Positions 22,398 to 34,114 of a DNA stretch of 64,000 nt are shown one piece after another (position 1 is the first letter of the stretch; each line of letters begins with the position of its first letter). The stretch covers positions 85,808,001-85,872,000 of the forward strand of contig JAGIQG010000009.1 in NCBI GenBank assembly GCA_024679065.1, read 5' to 3'. The stretch comes from Sphyrna mokarran (Eukaryota). The notes below the pieces were generated by a model, which saw only the letters and a program-made list of their open reading frames with translations, was not told the DNA's origin and did no database searches. The position numbers and the translations under genes were made by a program.

Positions 22398-24576
22398 ATA
22401 GAACATTACAGCACAGAACAGGCCCTTCGGCCTTTGATGTTGCGCCAACCAATTAGGAAAAAGCAATGACCCTCTAACCTAAACCATTCCCTTTTCATTC
22501 ATAAACTTATCTACTAACCTCTTAAACGCCACCAAACTTGGCGCATCTACAACTGCAGCAGGCAGGGCATTCCATACCCTTACCACCCTCTGGGTAAAGA
22601 ACCTACCTCTGACATCCGTCCTATAACTACCATAGACATAGAACATTACAGCACAGAACAGGCCCTTCGGCCTTCGATGTTGTGCCGACCAAAATAAAAA
22701 GCAATGCCCCTCCAAACTAAACCATTCCCTTCTCTTCCATATACTTATCAATTAACCTCTTAAACGCCACCAAACTTGGCGCATCTACAACAGCTGCAGG
22801 CAGGGCATTCCACTCCCTAATCACTCTTTGAGAAAGAACCTACCTCTGATATCCGTCCTATAACTCATACCCCTTAATTTAAAGCTGTGTCCCCTCGTGC
22901 TAGCTTCTCCATCCTAGGAAAAAGGCTATCACTGTCCACCCTATCTAAACCTCTAATCATCTTATATGCTTCAATAAGATCCCCTCTTAGCCGCCTCCTT
23001 TCTAACGAAAACAACCTCAAATCCTTCACCTCTCTTCATAGGACCTGCCCTCCATACCAGGCAACATCCTGTAAACCTCCTCTGTACCCTCTCCAATGCC
23101 TCCACATCTTTCTTATAATGTGGGGACCAGAACTGCACACAATACTCCAAGTGCGGCCGCACTAGAGTTTTGTACAGTTGCAACATGATGCTGCGGCTCC
23201 TAAATTCAATCCCCCTACCAATAAAAGCTAAGACTCCATATGCCTTCTTAACAACTTTATCCACTTGACTGCCTACTTTCAGGGATCTATTGACACATAC
23301 ACCAAGATCCTTCTGTTCCTCAACACTATTAAGAGCCCTACCATTAGCCCTATACTCTACACATTTATTGTTCCTGCCAAAGTGCATTACCTCACACTTT
23401 TCCACATTAAACTCCATTTGCCACCTCTCGGCCCAGCTCTGCAACTTGTCCAAGTCACTCTGCAAACTATAACACCCCTCTTCACTATCTACCACTCCAC
23501 CAACTTTAGTGTCATCTGCAAATTTACTGATCCATCCCTCAATACCCTCATCCAGATCATTTATAAAAATTACAAACAGCAGGGGCCCCAAAACAGACCC
23601 CTGAGGCACACCACTCGTCACCGAACTCCACGATGAATATCTCCATCAACCACCACCCTCTGTCTTCTATCTGCCAGCCAATTCCTAATCCAATTAGCTA
23701 AATCACCCTCTATTCCACACATCTGCATTTTCTGTAGAAGTCTTCCATGGGCCACCTTATCAAACGCCTTCCTAAAGTCCATATATACTACATCAACCGC
23801 CTTACCCCAATCCACCTCTCTGGTCACTTTCTCAAAAAACTCAATGAGGTTAGTAAGGAGGTTACCACTCCTTAATTTAAAGCTATGTCCCCTCGTCCTA
23901 GCTTTCTCCATCCTAGGAAAAAGGCTATCACTGTCCACCCTATCTAAATCTCTAATCATCTTATATGTTTCAATAAGGTCTCCTCTACCGCCTCCTTTCT
24001 AACGAAAACAACCTCAAATCCCTCAGCCTCTCTTCATAAGACCTGCCCTCTATACCAGGCAACATCCTGGTAAACCTCCTCTGTACCCTCTCCAATGCCT
24101 CCACATCTTTCTTATAATGCGGGGACCAGAACTGCACACAATACTCCAAGTGCGGCCGCACTAGAGTTTTGTACAGTTGCAACATGACGTTGCGGCTCCG
24201 AAATTCAATCCCCTACCAATAAAAGCTAAGACTCCGTATGCCTTCTTAACAACCTTATCGACTTGATTGCCAACTTTCAGGGATCTATGCACATATACAC
24301 CAAGATCCCTCTGTTCTTCAACACTATTAAGAGTCCTACCATTAGCCCTATACTCTACACATTTGTTATTCCTGCCAAAGTGAATTACCTCACACTTTTC
24401 CACATTAAACTCCATTTGCCACCTCTCGGCCCAGCTCTGCAACTTGTCCAAGTCTCTCTGCAAACTACAACACCCCTCTTCACTATCTACCACTCCTCCG
24501 ACTTTGATGTCATCCGCAAATTTACTAATCCATCCTTCAATACCCTCATCCAGATCATTTATAAAATGATCTGGAT
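22398..24576 (-). mobile_element. Head-to-tail array of three CR1 family A fragments
   Basis: Tails at 22398 and 22635, third segment from ~23862; RT ORFs 22971-23621 and 24161-24493. Confidence 0.9.
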
Positions 24577-25680
24577 TATGGACCTATTGGTCTCACATTT
24601 AGAGTAAATGAGCATTCGGACAAGCATGATTATCAGAGATCCCAAAGTGAACAAAGTACAGCAATAGGAACAGGCCCTTTGGCCCTGCAAGATTTAGTTA
24701 GATCGTGCTGCCCTAACTAAAAAAATCCAGCCTTTACTCGATCTGTATCCCTCTATTTCCTCCCTATTCACGTATCCATCCAGATGTCTTGTAAATATTG
24801 GTAATGTGCCTGCTACCACTTTATTGTCTGGCAGCATGTTCAAGGCACCCACCACTCTGTGTGGAAAAACTTCCTCACACAAATCTCTCAAACTTTCTCC
24901 CCTCACCTTGAACCTGTGCCCTCTTGTAATTGACCCTACCAACCTTGAAATAAGCTTCTAACTATCCTGTTTATACCTCATAATTTTGGAGATTTTATCA
25001 GGTCATTATCAGCCTCCGTCTTTCCAGTGAAAACAATCTTAGTTTATTCAACATCTACTCATACCCAACATCCTCAAGGCCAGGCAACATCTTGATGAAT
25101 TTTCTTTGCACTCTCTCCAAAGCTTCCACGTCTTTCTGATAGTGTACCAAACAGAACTGCATCCAATAACTCTAAATGCAGCCTAACCAAGGCTTTATAT
25201 AGCTGCATCATGATTTCCCAACTCCTGTACTCAATGCCCAGGCCGATGGGGGCAAGTACACCATATGCCTTCTAAATTACCTGGGCCACCTGTATTCTTC
25301 GAGTGATCTATGGACCTGCATGCCCAGATCCTCTGTAAATGTTCTATCATTTACAGTATAATTCACAATTAAATTTGATCCTCCAAAATGTATCACCTGA
25401 TATTTGTCTGGGTTAAATTCCATCTGCCATTTCTGTGCCCAAATCTCCAATTTATCTACAATTCTCTTCTATCCTCTGACAATCCTCGGCACTATCAGCA
25501 ACTTTGCCAATCTTTGTGTCATTTGCAAACTTACTAATCAAACAAACACATTTTCCTCCAGATCATTTATATACACTACAAACAATAGAGATCCCAGCAC
25601 TAAAACCGTGCAGAATACCACTAGCTACAGATTTTCCATTCTGAAAAATACCCACCGCTATTCTCTGTCTTGTAGAGCCA

Positions 25681-25877
25681 AGATGTGGAAATGCCTATGT
25701 TGGACTGGGGTAAACACCTTAAGAAGTCCCACAACACCTGGTTAAAGTCCAACAGATTTATTTGGTAGCACAGACCACCAGCTTTCAGAGCGCTGCTCCC
25801 CACTCTCATCTGATGAAGGAACAGCGCTCCGAAAGCTAGTGGCTTATGCTACCAAATAGACCTGTTGGACTTTAACC
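25681..25877 (+). mobile_element. Short hairpin Penelope-like-derived element with a hammerhead-like core
   Basis: Inverted arms 25740-25770 / 25847-25877; CTGATGA...GAAA at 25810-25834. Confidence 0.65.
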
Positions 25878-26987
25878 TTATATAACCAAGCCAGCTCGGT
25901 GTCCATCTAGCCAGCCCACACCGAGTCCCATGTGATTTTAGTTTTTCTATCAGTCTGCCATGTAGGACTTTGTCAAACACTTTAATAAAGTCCATATAAA
26001 TATCCACAACCCTTCTCTCATCAATTATCTTTGTCACCTCTTCAAAAAACTCAATCAAGTTGGTGAGACATGACCTTGCCTGTACAAAACCATGCTGCCT
26101 GTCACTAACTGGTCCATTTTCCTCCAAATGAGCATGTATCCTGTCAGTGTTTTCTCCAAAAGCTTCCCCAGCACTGAAGTCAGGTTCACCAGCCTATAAT
26201 TTCCAAGATTATCTCTGCCTCCCTTCCTAAACAAGGGAACAATATTGGCCGTTCTCCAGTCCTATGGAACCTCACTTGTGGTCAAAGAGGACATGAAGAT
26301 ATCTGTTAGGGCCCAAGCTGTTTCTCTGCTTGCCTCCTGCAGTAACCTCGGATAGATCCCATCCAGCTCTGGGGACTTGTCTACCTCAGTGCAATTTAGG
26401 ATGTCCATCATTTTCTCCTTTGATATACCGACATTCTCTCGAGTGTTGACACACCTATTCCTGTCCTCAGCATCTGTCATGTCCTCTTTGGTGAAAACCG
26501 ATACAAAATACTTATTAAGAATTTCATCCACTTTCTGTGGTTCCATGCAAAACTTCCCTCCATTGTCCTCGAGTGGGCCTACTTTTTCTCTTGGAACATA
26601 AGAAATAGGAGCAGAAATAGGCCATTCAGCCCCTCGAGCCTGCCCCGCCATTCAATAAGATCATGGCTGATCTGTAGTGGTTCAGTGCCACTTTCCTGCT
26701 TTCTCCCCGTAACCCTTAATTCCCTTGTCAATCAAAAAACTATCCACTCTTGAACATATTCAGCGAGGAAGCCTCCACCACTTCATCAGGCAGAGAATTC
26801 CAAAGATTCACCACACTTTGCGAGAAGAAATTCCTCCTCAACTCTGATCTGAACCACACATCCAGCCCCTCCCACTAATCTTGAGGCTGTGCCCTCTAGT
26901 CCTGCTATCTTTGCTAAGCAGGAAGAGTCTCTCAACCTCTACCCTATCCATCCCCTTCATTATCTTATACGTCTCTCAGTCTTCTAA

Positions 26988-28265
26988 AGTAGATAGGCTG
27001 GTAGCTTGGGCATATGGAATTCAATCCTGATAAATGTGAGGTGATGCATTTCAGGAGAAAGAATGTAGTGGGGAGGTATATGATAAAGAGTAGACCTAAT
27101 AAGAGCATAGAAATTTAGAGGGACCTGGGGGTGCAGATGCACAAGTCTCTGAAGGTGGCAGAGCAGGTGGAGAAGGTTGTGAAGAAAGCATATAGTATGC
27201 TAGCCTTTATAGGAAGGGGTATAGAGGACAAGAGCTGGCCTTTAATGTTGCAGTTGTATAAAACGTTGGTTAGACCTCATTTGGAATACTGCGTCCAGTT
27301 CTGGTCGCCTTACTACCGGAAGGATGTGGAGACTCTGGAGAGAGTGCAGAGGAGGTTTACAGGATGCTGCCTGGTATGGAAGGTCTGAGTTACGAGGAGA
27401 GGTTAGGCAAATTGGGACTGTTTTCCTTAGAAAGACGTAGACTTAGAGGAGATCTAATAGAGGTGTACAAGATTATGAGTATAGAGTAAACAGGGTTAAG
27501 CTTTTTCCTAGGATGGACTCGAATAGCACGAGGAATAACGGGCTTAGGGTGAAGGGGGTAAGGTATAATTTGGATGCTAGAGGGAGTTTTTTCACACAGA
27601 GGGTGGTGGGGATATGGAACGCGCTGCCAAGTAAAGTGATGGAGGCAGGTACTCTGGAATTATTTAAGAGATACTTAGATGGGCACATGAACAGAATGGG
27701 AACAGAAGGATATGGAAAACTGATTTAAAATAGGGATCATGAGCCTTGGGAGTTCCCTGGGAAGTGTGTAAATTGTCAATGATATTGATGTATTTGTTTT
27801 ATACTACAGGTACTTCGGTCTGCCTTGTCCTAACAAGGGGCATACATGCAATGGATACACGGGCTGCTCTTGGATTTTTTTTCGAGGGTACCTAGTGTTT
27901 CACGTTGTTAATGTACACTTGACCTGGACCATTTGATGGGCAACATGACAGCTCAGTGACTATCGCTGTGCTGTGCAGATACATGGATTTGGGCCTGTGT
28001 CTGTGGGAATTCGCGCATTCAGCCCATGCTTGTGTAGGTTTTGTCTGGGTGCTCCGATTTCCTCCCACATCCCAAAGATGTGCTCTTAGGCTGATTGGCA
28101 GAACAAATTCTCCCTAAATTGTCTCAAATTTGGTTCTAATGCATAGATCTATAAACATAGACAGGGATGACAGGGATCACGAGTAGAGGTGGGAACAATC
28201 GGGGAGGCGGCGCGGGCTCGTTGGGCCGAAGGGCCTGTTTCCCGTGCTGTTTTGTTCTTTGTTCT
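26988..28265 (+). mobile_element. CR1 family B copy
   Basis: RT end, SINE-containing 3'UTR and (GTTCTTT)n tail. Confidence 0.9.
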
Positions 28266-28879
28266 TAGTACAAACCTAGCCTATTCAGTCTCTCCTCATT
28301 ATCCAACACCCCGTTTCTGGTATCAGCCGAGTGAATCTTCTCTGCACCCCCTCCAAGGCCAATATATCCTTCCTCGAATACAGCGGCAAAACTCCAGCTG
28401 CGGCCTCACCAGTACCCACATAGCTGCAAAAGCATCTCCCTACTTTTATATTCTATCCCCGTCGCTATAAAGGCCAACATCCCATTCGCCTTCTTAATCA
28501 CCTTCTGCACCTGCATACTGTGTTTTTGCAACTCGTGCACAACAACCCCCAGGTCCCTCTGCACTGTCACATGCTGCAGCTTTTCACCATTTAAATAGTA
28601 ATCCTTCCTACCATTATTCCTACTAAAGTGGATAATCTCACACTTGCTACCCTCTTGCTCCCAATAAATGCATAAAAAGCCTTGGGATTCTCCTTGACCC
28701 TGTTTGTTAACAACAGGTCATGGCCCCTGTTAGCCCTCCAAATTCCATGTTCAAGTTCCTTTCCATTTTTACTGTACTCAACAGCTTCTTCAGTTTTTAG
28801 ATGCCTTGACCTATTGTACGCTTCCTTTTCCCTTTTGGCTAAGTTTACAATTTCCCTTGTCCTCAATGGTTTCCGAATT

Positions 28880-31599
28880 CTGCCATTTCATCAACTTCAG
28901 GAAGCGTAAAGAAGGAACTTTACATCAATGGGGACAAAGTAGAAAACATCTAGAGCTTCAAGTGTTCAGATATCTAGATCACCAATAACCTGTCCTGCTC
29001 CTCGTATGTCAACACTATAGTTAAGGATGCGCACCAACACATCTACTTTCTCAGAAGACAAAGGAAATTTGGCATGTCAGCTATGACCCTCACCAACTTT
29101 TACAGATGGACCATAGAAAGCATTCTTTTTGATTGTATTACAGTTTGATATGTCTCCTGCTTTGCCCAAGATTGCAAGAAACTACAAAAGGTCATGAATG
29201 TAGCCTAATCTATCACGCAAACCAGCCTCCCATCCACTGACTCTGTCTACAGTTCCCATTGCCTCAGCAAACTGGCCAGCATATTTAAGGACCCCACCCA
29301 CCCTAGATATTCTCTCTTCCACCTACTTCCTTTGGGAAAAAGATATAAAAGTCTGAGGTCACGTACCAACTGAATCAAGAACATATTTCCTTCTGCTGTC
29401 AGACTTTTGAATGGACTTACTTTGCATTAAGTTGATCTTCCTTACACCCTAGCCAGGACTGTAACACTAATTCTGCACTCTCTCCGATGTGTCCACCCTC
29501 AATACAGTTGTGATCTCCTCCTTAATCACCAATGCAATTCCGCTACGCCTTTTGTTTCCCCTTCTGTCCCTTCTAAAACAATGATATCCCACAATAAAGA
29601 ACAAAGAACAAAACAGCACGGAAACAGGCCCTTCGGCCCAACGAGCCCGCACTGCCACCCCGATGTTCCCACCTCTACCCATGATCCCTGTCTATGTTTA
29701 TAGATCTATGGATTAAAAACCAAATTTGAGACAATTTAGGGAGAATTTGTTTTGCCAATTAGCCTAAGAGCACATCTTGGGGATGTGGGAGGAAACCGGA
29801 GCACCCGGAGAAAACCCACGCAAGCACGGGGAGAATGCGCAAACTCCCACAGACACAGGCCCAAATCCATGTATCTGCACAGCACAGCGATAGTCAGAGC
29901 TGTCGTGTTGCCCATCAAATGGTCCAAGTCAAGCGTACACTAACGACGTGAAGCACTAGGATACTCTCGAAAAAAAATCCAAGAGCAGCCCTCTCACGAC
30001 CCATCGCGTGTATGTCCCTTGTTAGACAACAAGGTGGACCAAAGCACCTGTAGGATAAAAACAAGTACATCAATATCATCATCTATTTACACACTTCCCA
30101 GGGACTCCAAAGGCTCATGATCCCTATTTTAAATCAGTTTTCTATACCCCACCATTCCCATTCTGTTCATGTGCCCATCTAAGTATTTCTTAAATAACTC
30201 CAGAGTGCCTGCCTCCACCACTTTACTTGGCAGCGCATTCCATACTCCCACCACCCTCTGTGTGAAAAAACTCCCTCTAGCATCCAAATTATACCTTACC
30301 CACCTCACCCTAAGCCCGTGACCCCTCGTGCTATTCGAGTCCATCCTAGGAAAAAGCTTAACCCTGTTTACTCTATCTATACCCCTCATAATCTTGTACA
30401 CCTCTATTAGATCTCCTCTAAGTCTACGTCTTCTAAGGAAAACAGCCCCAATTTGCCTAACCTCTCCTCGTAACTCAGACCTTCCATACCAGGCAGCATC
30501 CTGGTAAACCTTCTCTGCACTCTCTCCAGAGTCTTCACGTCCTTCCGGTAGTAAGGCAACCAGAACTGGACGCAGTATTCCAAATGAGGTCTAACCAGTG
30601 TTTTATACAACTGCAACATTAAAGGCCAGCTCTTGTACTCTATACCCCTTCCTATAAAGGCTAACATACTATATGCTTTATTCACAACCTTCTCCACTTG
30701 CTCTGCCACCTTCAGAGACTTGTTCACCTGCACCCCCAGGTCCCTCTGCGTTTCTATATTCTTAATAGGTCTACCCTTTATCATATACCTCCCCCCTACA
30801 TTCTTTCTCTCGAAATGCATCACCTCACATTTATCAGGATTGAATTCCATCTGCCATCTATCTGCCCAAGCTACCAGCCTATCTATGTCCTGCTGCATCG
30901 CCTGACAATGCTCCTCACCATCCGTAAGTCCAGCCATCTTTGTATCGTCTGCAAACTTGCTGATCACTCCACTTACTCCCTCTTCCAAGTCATTTATATA
31001 TATTACAAATAGAAGAGGTCCCAGTATCGAGCCCTGCGGCACACCACTAGTGACCGACCTCCAGCTAGAGAAACACCCTTCCACTATTACTCTCTGTCTC
31101 CTATTCCAAGCCAGTTACTTATCCATCTAGCTACCTGTCCTTGTATCCCATTAGCCTTGACCTTCTCAACTAACCTCCCATGAGGGACTTTGTCAAACGC
31201 CTTACTGAAATCCATATAGACAACATCAACGGCTCGCCCTTCGTCCACCGTTTTCATCATCTCCTCAAAAAATTCTACCAGATTCGTAAGGCACGACTTC
31301 CCCTTAACAAATCCATGCTGCGTATCCCTAATCAGATCGCAACGCTCTAGGTGCCTATACATCCTATCTCTAAGATTCCCCTCCAACAGCTTCCCTAGCT
31401 GAGGGAACAGAGGGATATAGAAAACTGATTTAAACTAGGGATCATAATCTCACAATATTAAGCTACTAATTTTGTCCCTCCTTTAATCATGTGTCCTTCT
31501 CTATGAATGGTACCTTTTGTCTGTATGGCGCGCAAGAAACGATACTTTTCATTCTATATTAATACATGTGACAATAATAAACCAAATCAAAAATCAAAA
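28880..31599 (+). mobile_element. Rex1/Babar-type LINE fragment (28880-29480 and 31496-31599), interrupted by CR1 pieces
   Basis: YFLRR.RKFGMS...LTNFYR.TIESIL-type RT C-terminus; (AAATC)n tail at ~31585-31599. Confidence 0.7.
29596..31396 (-). mobile_element. CR1 family B copy (longest)
   Basis: RT ORFs 30407-31084 and 31087-31386; TSD-like ATCCCACAAT (29586) / ATCTCACAAT (31447). Confidence 0.92.
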
Positions 31600-32629
31600 C
31601 CTATCCTTCATTTTTGCGGAGATATGCCTGTCTTGAACTTCAATCAACTGGCCTTTAAAAGACTACCTCTTGCCAGACGTGGATTTGCCCTCAAATAGCC
31701 GCTCCCAATCCACATTCTCCAGCTCCTATCTAATTTGGATGTAATTGGCTCTCGCCCAATTAAGCACCCTCACTCAAGGACCACTTTGTCTTTATCCATG
31801 ACTACCCAAAATCTTATGGAATTATGGTTGCTAAGCCCAAAATGCTCCCCCACTGTAATATCAATCATCTGACCTGGCACATTCCTCGATACCAAGTCTA
31901 GTATGGCCCCTGTCTTATTGGATTATCACATACTGTATCAAAAAGTCTTCCTTGACAGATCTAACAAACTGCTCTCAACCCGAGCCGCTGGCTGTAAGGG
32001 GTTTCCAGTCAATATGGTGAAAGTTAAAGTCACCCACCTCAACTACCCTGCTTTTTTCACACCTTTCCAGTATCTAACAATACAACTGCTCCTCTGTCTC
32101 CTGTGGACTGTTGGGAGATATAAAGTACACTCTCAACATTGTGATTTCACCTTTCCTATTCCTGAGCTTCACCCATAATGGTCACTGCAAAATCTCTCCG
32201 ATGCGTCCACTGTTAATACGATCCTACATCAGCAATGCAATTCTCTCATCCCTTTTGTTCCCCTTTCTGTCCCATCTAAAATAATAATATCCCACAATGT
32301 TAAGCTACTAGTTTTGTCCCTCCTTTAACCATGTGTCTGTAAATTGCAATAACATTGTAACTCAACACAGTAATCCAGCTCTCAGTTCATCTGTCTTACC
32401 TGTTATACTTCTTGCTTTGAAGCAAATATATTCCAGACCTACAGTCCTGCTGAGTCCTGTGGCTTCATTCTGCCCAGTCTTACTTTGTGCTATGTTTATC
32501 CCAGTCTCTACACTTACTGGCTTGTGTTCCGGTTCTCACCCAATGAAGACATTGAGAACACTCACAAACAACCATGTGACACTTCCCTCTGGTTTGATGT
32601 TGATTCTAAAGTAAAGAGTGGTCAGGATA

Positions 32630-33601
32630 GTTCTGGTCGCCTTACTACCGGAAGGACGTGGAGACTCTGGAGAGAGTGCAGAGGAGGTTTACCAGGATGC
32701 TGCTGGGTATGGAAGGTCTGAGTTATCAGGAGAGGTTAGGCAAATTGGGGCTGTTTTCCTTAGAAAGATGTAGACTGAGAGGAGATATAATAGAGGTGCA
32801 CAAGATTATGAGGGGTATAATAAAGAGTAAACAGGGTTAAGCTTTTTTCTAGGATGGACTCAAATAGCACGAGGGATCACAGGTTTAGGGTGAGGGGGAT
32901 AAGGTATAATTTGGATGCTACAGGGGGTTTTTTCACACAGAGGATGGTGGGAGTATGGAATGCACTGCCAATTAAAGTGGTGGAGGCAGGTACTCTGGAG
33001 TTATTTAAGAGATACTTAGATGGGCACATGAACAAAATGGGAACAGAGGGATATAGAAAACTGAATTAAACTAGGGATCATGAGCCTCAGGAGACCCTAG
33101 GAAGTGTGTAAATAGTCGATGATATTGATGTTTTTTTTTATCCTACAGGTGCTTTGGTCCACCTTGTTGTCTAACAAGGGGCATACACGCAATGGGTCGT
33201 GAGAGGACTGTTCTTGGATCTTTTTCGAGAGTATCCTAGTGCTTCATGTCGTTAGTGTAAGCTTGACCTGGACCATTTGATGGGCAACACGACAGCTCAG
33301 TGACTATCGCTGTGCTGTGCAGATACATGGATCTGGGCCTGTGTCTGTGGGAGTTTGCGCATTCTCCCCGTGCTTGCGTGGGTTTTCTCTGGGAGCTCTG
33401 GTTTCCTCCCACATCCCAAAGATGTGCTCTTAGGCTAATTGGCAAAACAAATTCTCCCTAAATTGTCTCAAATTTGGTATCAGTGCATAGATCTATAAAC
33501 ACAGACAGGGATCACGGGTAGAGATGGGAATATCGGGATGGCGGCGTGGGCTCGTTGGGCTGAAGGGCCTGTTTCCCGTGCTGTTTTGTTCTTTGTTCTT
33601 T
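32630..33601 (+). mobile_element. CR1 family B copy
   Basis: RT end and 3'UTR with SINE core at 33282-33468. Confidence 0.9.
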
Positions 33602-34114
33602 AGAACTCTCCTGGTTCTGAAAATTGTGCATAGAAAACATCATTCTGTGTGCAAGAGGGCCTCAGTTTAACAATTCATCTGAAAGGGAGCACTTCCAACA
33701 GTGCAGCACTCCCCTATCCACTGACAATCTAGATTCTATATTCAACATCCTGATTTAGAACTTGAGTTCACAGCTTTCAGTCCTTGTGACTGTCCTCCAC
33801 AGCTTCCAATCTCATAGTCAATCAATCCCATGCAGTCCGCTTCTACCTCCTCCCAAAAATTCATGAACAGGATTGTCCCAGGAGGCCCATCAGACCCATC
33901 AGGAGCCTGTTCCTGCCCCACTGAACTCAACTCTTCTTATCTTAATTCCAGCCTCTCTCCTCTTGATCAGTCCCTTCCCACCTACATCCGCAATTCCTCT
34001 GATGCCCTAATCACATCAACTGCTTCCTGTTCCCTGGTCCAAACAGCCTCCTGTTTACTACAGCGGCACAGTGGTTAGCACAGCTGCCTCACAGCACAAG
34101 GGACCTGGGTTTGA

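Larger units (their letters stand above)
24650..32560 (-). mobile_element. Long old CR1 ORF2 relic split by multiple nested insertions
   Basis: Collinear RT/linker/APE pieces at 24650-25670, 25880-26593, 28647-28880 and 31600-32560. Confidence 0.75.
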
